From: Octopus sinensis
Taxonomy: Eukaryota
Reading direction: 5' to 3'
Assembly: GCF_006345805.1 (NCBI RefSeq)
Contig: NW_021835729.1
Coordinates: forward strand, 1-39,068
Length of the DNA: 39,068 nt
A program made the position numbers and the translations under genes. Positions within the stretch are counted from its first letter, which is position 1; each line of letters opens with the position of its first letter. Below the pieces are notes generated by a model. The model had not been told where the DNA came from, made no database searches, and saw nothing but the letters and a program-made list of their open reading frames with translations. Positions 37,015 to 39,068 of the stretch are shown in pieces.

Positions 37015-38650
37015 TTGCATATCTATGTATGTATTGAAGATAATCAAACCAAATTTTCATCATTTTGAGCCACTCACCCAATAAGTATTGCTGCCAAATT
37101 TGGTGAAAATCAGTTCAGCCATTTCCCAGTAATTTTGCAAACACACAGACAATCAAACACGGGTAATTACAATACTCTGCCTTTGCTTATGCACGCAAGG
37201 TAATAATGATAATAATAATTTTTTCTTTACTACCCACAAGGGGCTAACCATAGAGGAGACAAACAAGGACAGACAAAGGGATTAAGTCAATTATCGACCC
37301 CAGTGCGAAACTGGTACTTTATTTATCGACCCCAAAAGGATGAAAGGCAAAGTCGACCTCGGTAGAATTTGAACTCAGAACATAGCTGCAGACGAAATAC
37401 CTATTTCTTTACTACCCACAAGGGGCTAAACATAGAGGGGACAAACAAGGACAGACAAAGGGATTAAGTCGATTACATCGACCCCAGTGCGAGACTGTTT
37501 TCTCTCAAGAGCTTCTCTTTTATCATAAAATATCTTGTGAATAAGAGATTCTTTGGAATTCTTAATTTCTGTTATCAGTTTTAATCATTGCTCTGTCTGT
37601 TATGTTGAAGCACTTTTTCTGGGGAGCTTCAGTTGATTATATTGAACTCTTTGCACTTTGCTACTTTTCGAGCTGTTCTTATCAGGTATAAAAACATAGA
37701 CAGCGTTGATACAAAAGGGAGATTACTCATTTGGATATGAACAGTGCAGACTATTTCTGCATGAATACACCACTCCTTACACACATAAAAATATTTCTGC
37801 ATAACATACCAATCATCATCATCATCATATTTTTTAATAAACAACTCCATGTTTGGTGACATCCCGTTTTTACTCTACTCTGTAGCTGGCAGAAACGTTA
37901 GCACACCGGGCAAAATGCTTAGCGGTATTTCGTCTTTGTTACGTTCTGAGTTCAAATTCTACCGAGGTCGACTTTGCCTTTCATCCTTTCGGGATTAAAT
38001 AAGTACCAGTTACACACTGAGGTCGATATAATCGACTTAATTCGTCTGTCTGTCCTTGTTTGTCCCTTCTGTGTTTAGCCCCTTGTGGGTAGTAAAGAAA
38101 TAGGTATTTTGTCTGCCGCTATGTTCTGAGTTCAAATTCCGCCGAGGTCGACTTTGTCTTTCATCCTTTCGGAGTCGATTAAATAAGTACCAGTTACACA
38201 CTGTCCTTCTTTGTCTCCTCTATGTTTAGCCCCTTGTGGGTAGTAAAGAAAAAATTATTATTATCATAATTATTCTTATTATTATTATCATTATTATTAT
38301 TCTTATTATTATTATCATTATTATTATTCTTATTATTATCATTATTATTCTTATTATTATTATCATTATTATTATTCTTATTATTATCATTATTATTCTT
38401 ATTATTATTATCATTATTATTATTCTTATTATTATCATTATTATTCTTATTATTATTATCATTATTACCTTGCATGCATAAGCAAAGGCAGAGTATTGTA
38501 ATGACTTGTCTTTGATTGTCTGTGTGTTTGCAAAATTACTGGAAAATGGCTGAACTGATTTTCACCAAATTTGGCAGCAATATTCATTGGGTGAGTGGCT
38601 CAAAATGATGAAAATTTGGTTTGATTATTTTCAAACATACATAAATGCAT
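37015..38650. repeat. Large inverted repeat (arms ~37015-37497 and ~38007-38650) built from SINE-family-3 pieces and a Helentron/HINE-like repeat
   Basis: For example aatcaaaccaaattttcatcattttgagccactcacccaat (37042) vs attgggtgagtggctcaaaatgatgaaaatttggtttgatt (38586); the right arm has an expanded (ATT/ATC)n at 38253-38467. Confidence 0.92.
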
Positions 38651-38655
38651 ACAAT

Positions 38656-39038
38656 TTAACGATGATGATTTATGTGTAAACTGGTGATAGACAAATAACT
38701 TGTACTGTTGCTGATAAACTTTGCCATGTTCATCTTCAAAACAATTGTATCATTTGCTTTGAATTGGTAAGTAAACGATGATTGCATTACGACATGTTCT
38801 GGTGTATTTTTTAAGGCATTTGAACTTTTTTTTATAGATTTATATTTTGGTCCATTCATTCTTTGAAAGATCAAGGATACAGTTACTGAAGGAGTATCTT
38901 CCGGAATGTACAATTGCACGGCACAGCCTATTTGGTAAATCCCATCTTGTGGCACATATATGCAGGTTTCATTAACCAAATGAAAGTTGCCGACATCCTG
39001 GCTCTCATCTTTGAGCCAATGTAAATCAGTGACACCCT
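38656..39038 (-). CDS. Terminal exon of gene B: TNF-homology-like (TNF/C1q jelly-roll) domain
   Basis: Acceptor ccttctttttcAG at 39040-39039, phase 1. Open frame GVTDLHWLKDESQDVGNFHLVNETCIYVPQDGIYQIGCAVQL...FQFKAND-like YQFKANDTIVL...STSYLSITSL to TAA. Matches the THD pattern L-x-W...l-x-V-P-x-D-G-x-Y-x-I...V...D-x-I-x-L...S-Y-L. Confidence 0.78.
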
Positions 39039-39068
39039 CTGAAAAAGAAGGAATAATATTACTATAAA

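Overview
This is AT-rich, repeat-dense eukaryotic DNA. The SINE, RTE-LINE and microsatellite content looks like an octopus/coleoid cephalopod genome (my recognition, not a search). Most entries in the ORF track are spurious. The host-gene content is a small tandem cluster of divergent TNF-superfamily-ligand-like genes on the minus strand. Gene A can be reconstructed as four phase-compatible exons: 13673-13332 (cytoplasmic tail plus type II TM helix), 8865-8724 (Pro/Thr stalk), 7260-7213, and 254-<1 (TNF-like domain, frameshifted as given). Gene B contributes only its intact terminal TNF-like exon (39038-38656). Between them lie a degenerate near-full-length RTE LINE, a six-unit ~1.54-kb macrosatellite built from a SINE and a Merlin-like MITE, and an exon-less duplicate of gene A intron sequence. 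The most striking non-coding signal is a ~1.8-kb insertion in the second macrosatellite unit. It consists of 600-bp tandem repeats plus an inverted copy, and it carries three type I hammerhead ribozyme motifs with intact cores (Penelope pLTR/retrozyme-like). A ~500-600-bp-arm inverted repeat begins just after the gene B stop codon and is a candidate long dsRNA/ADAR substrate.
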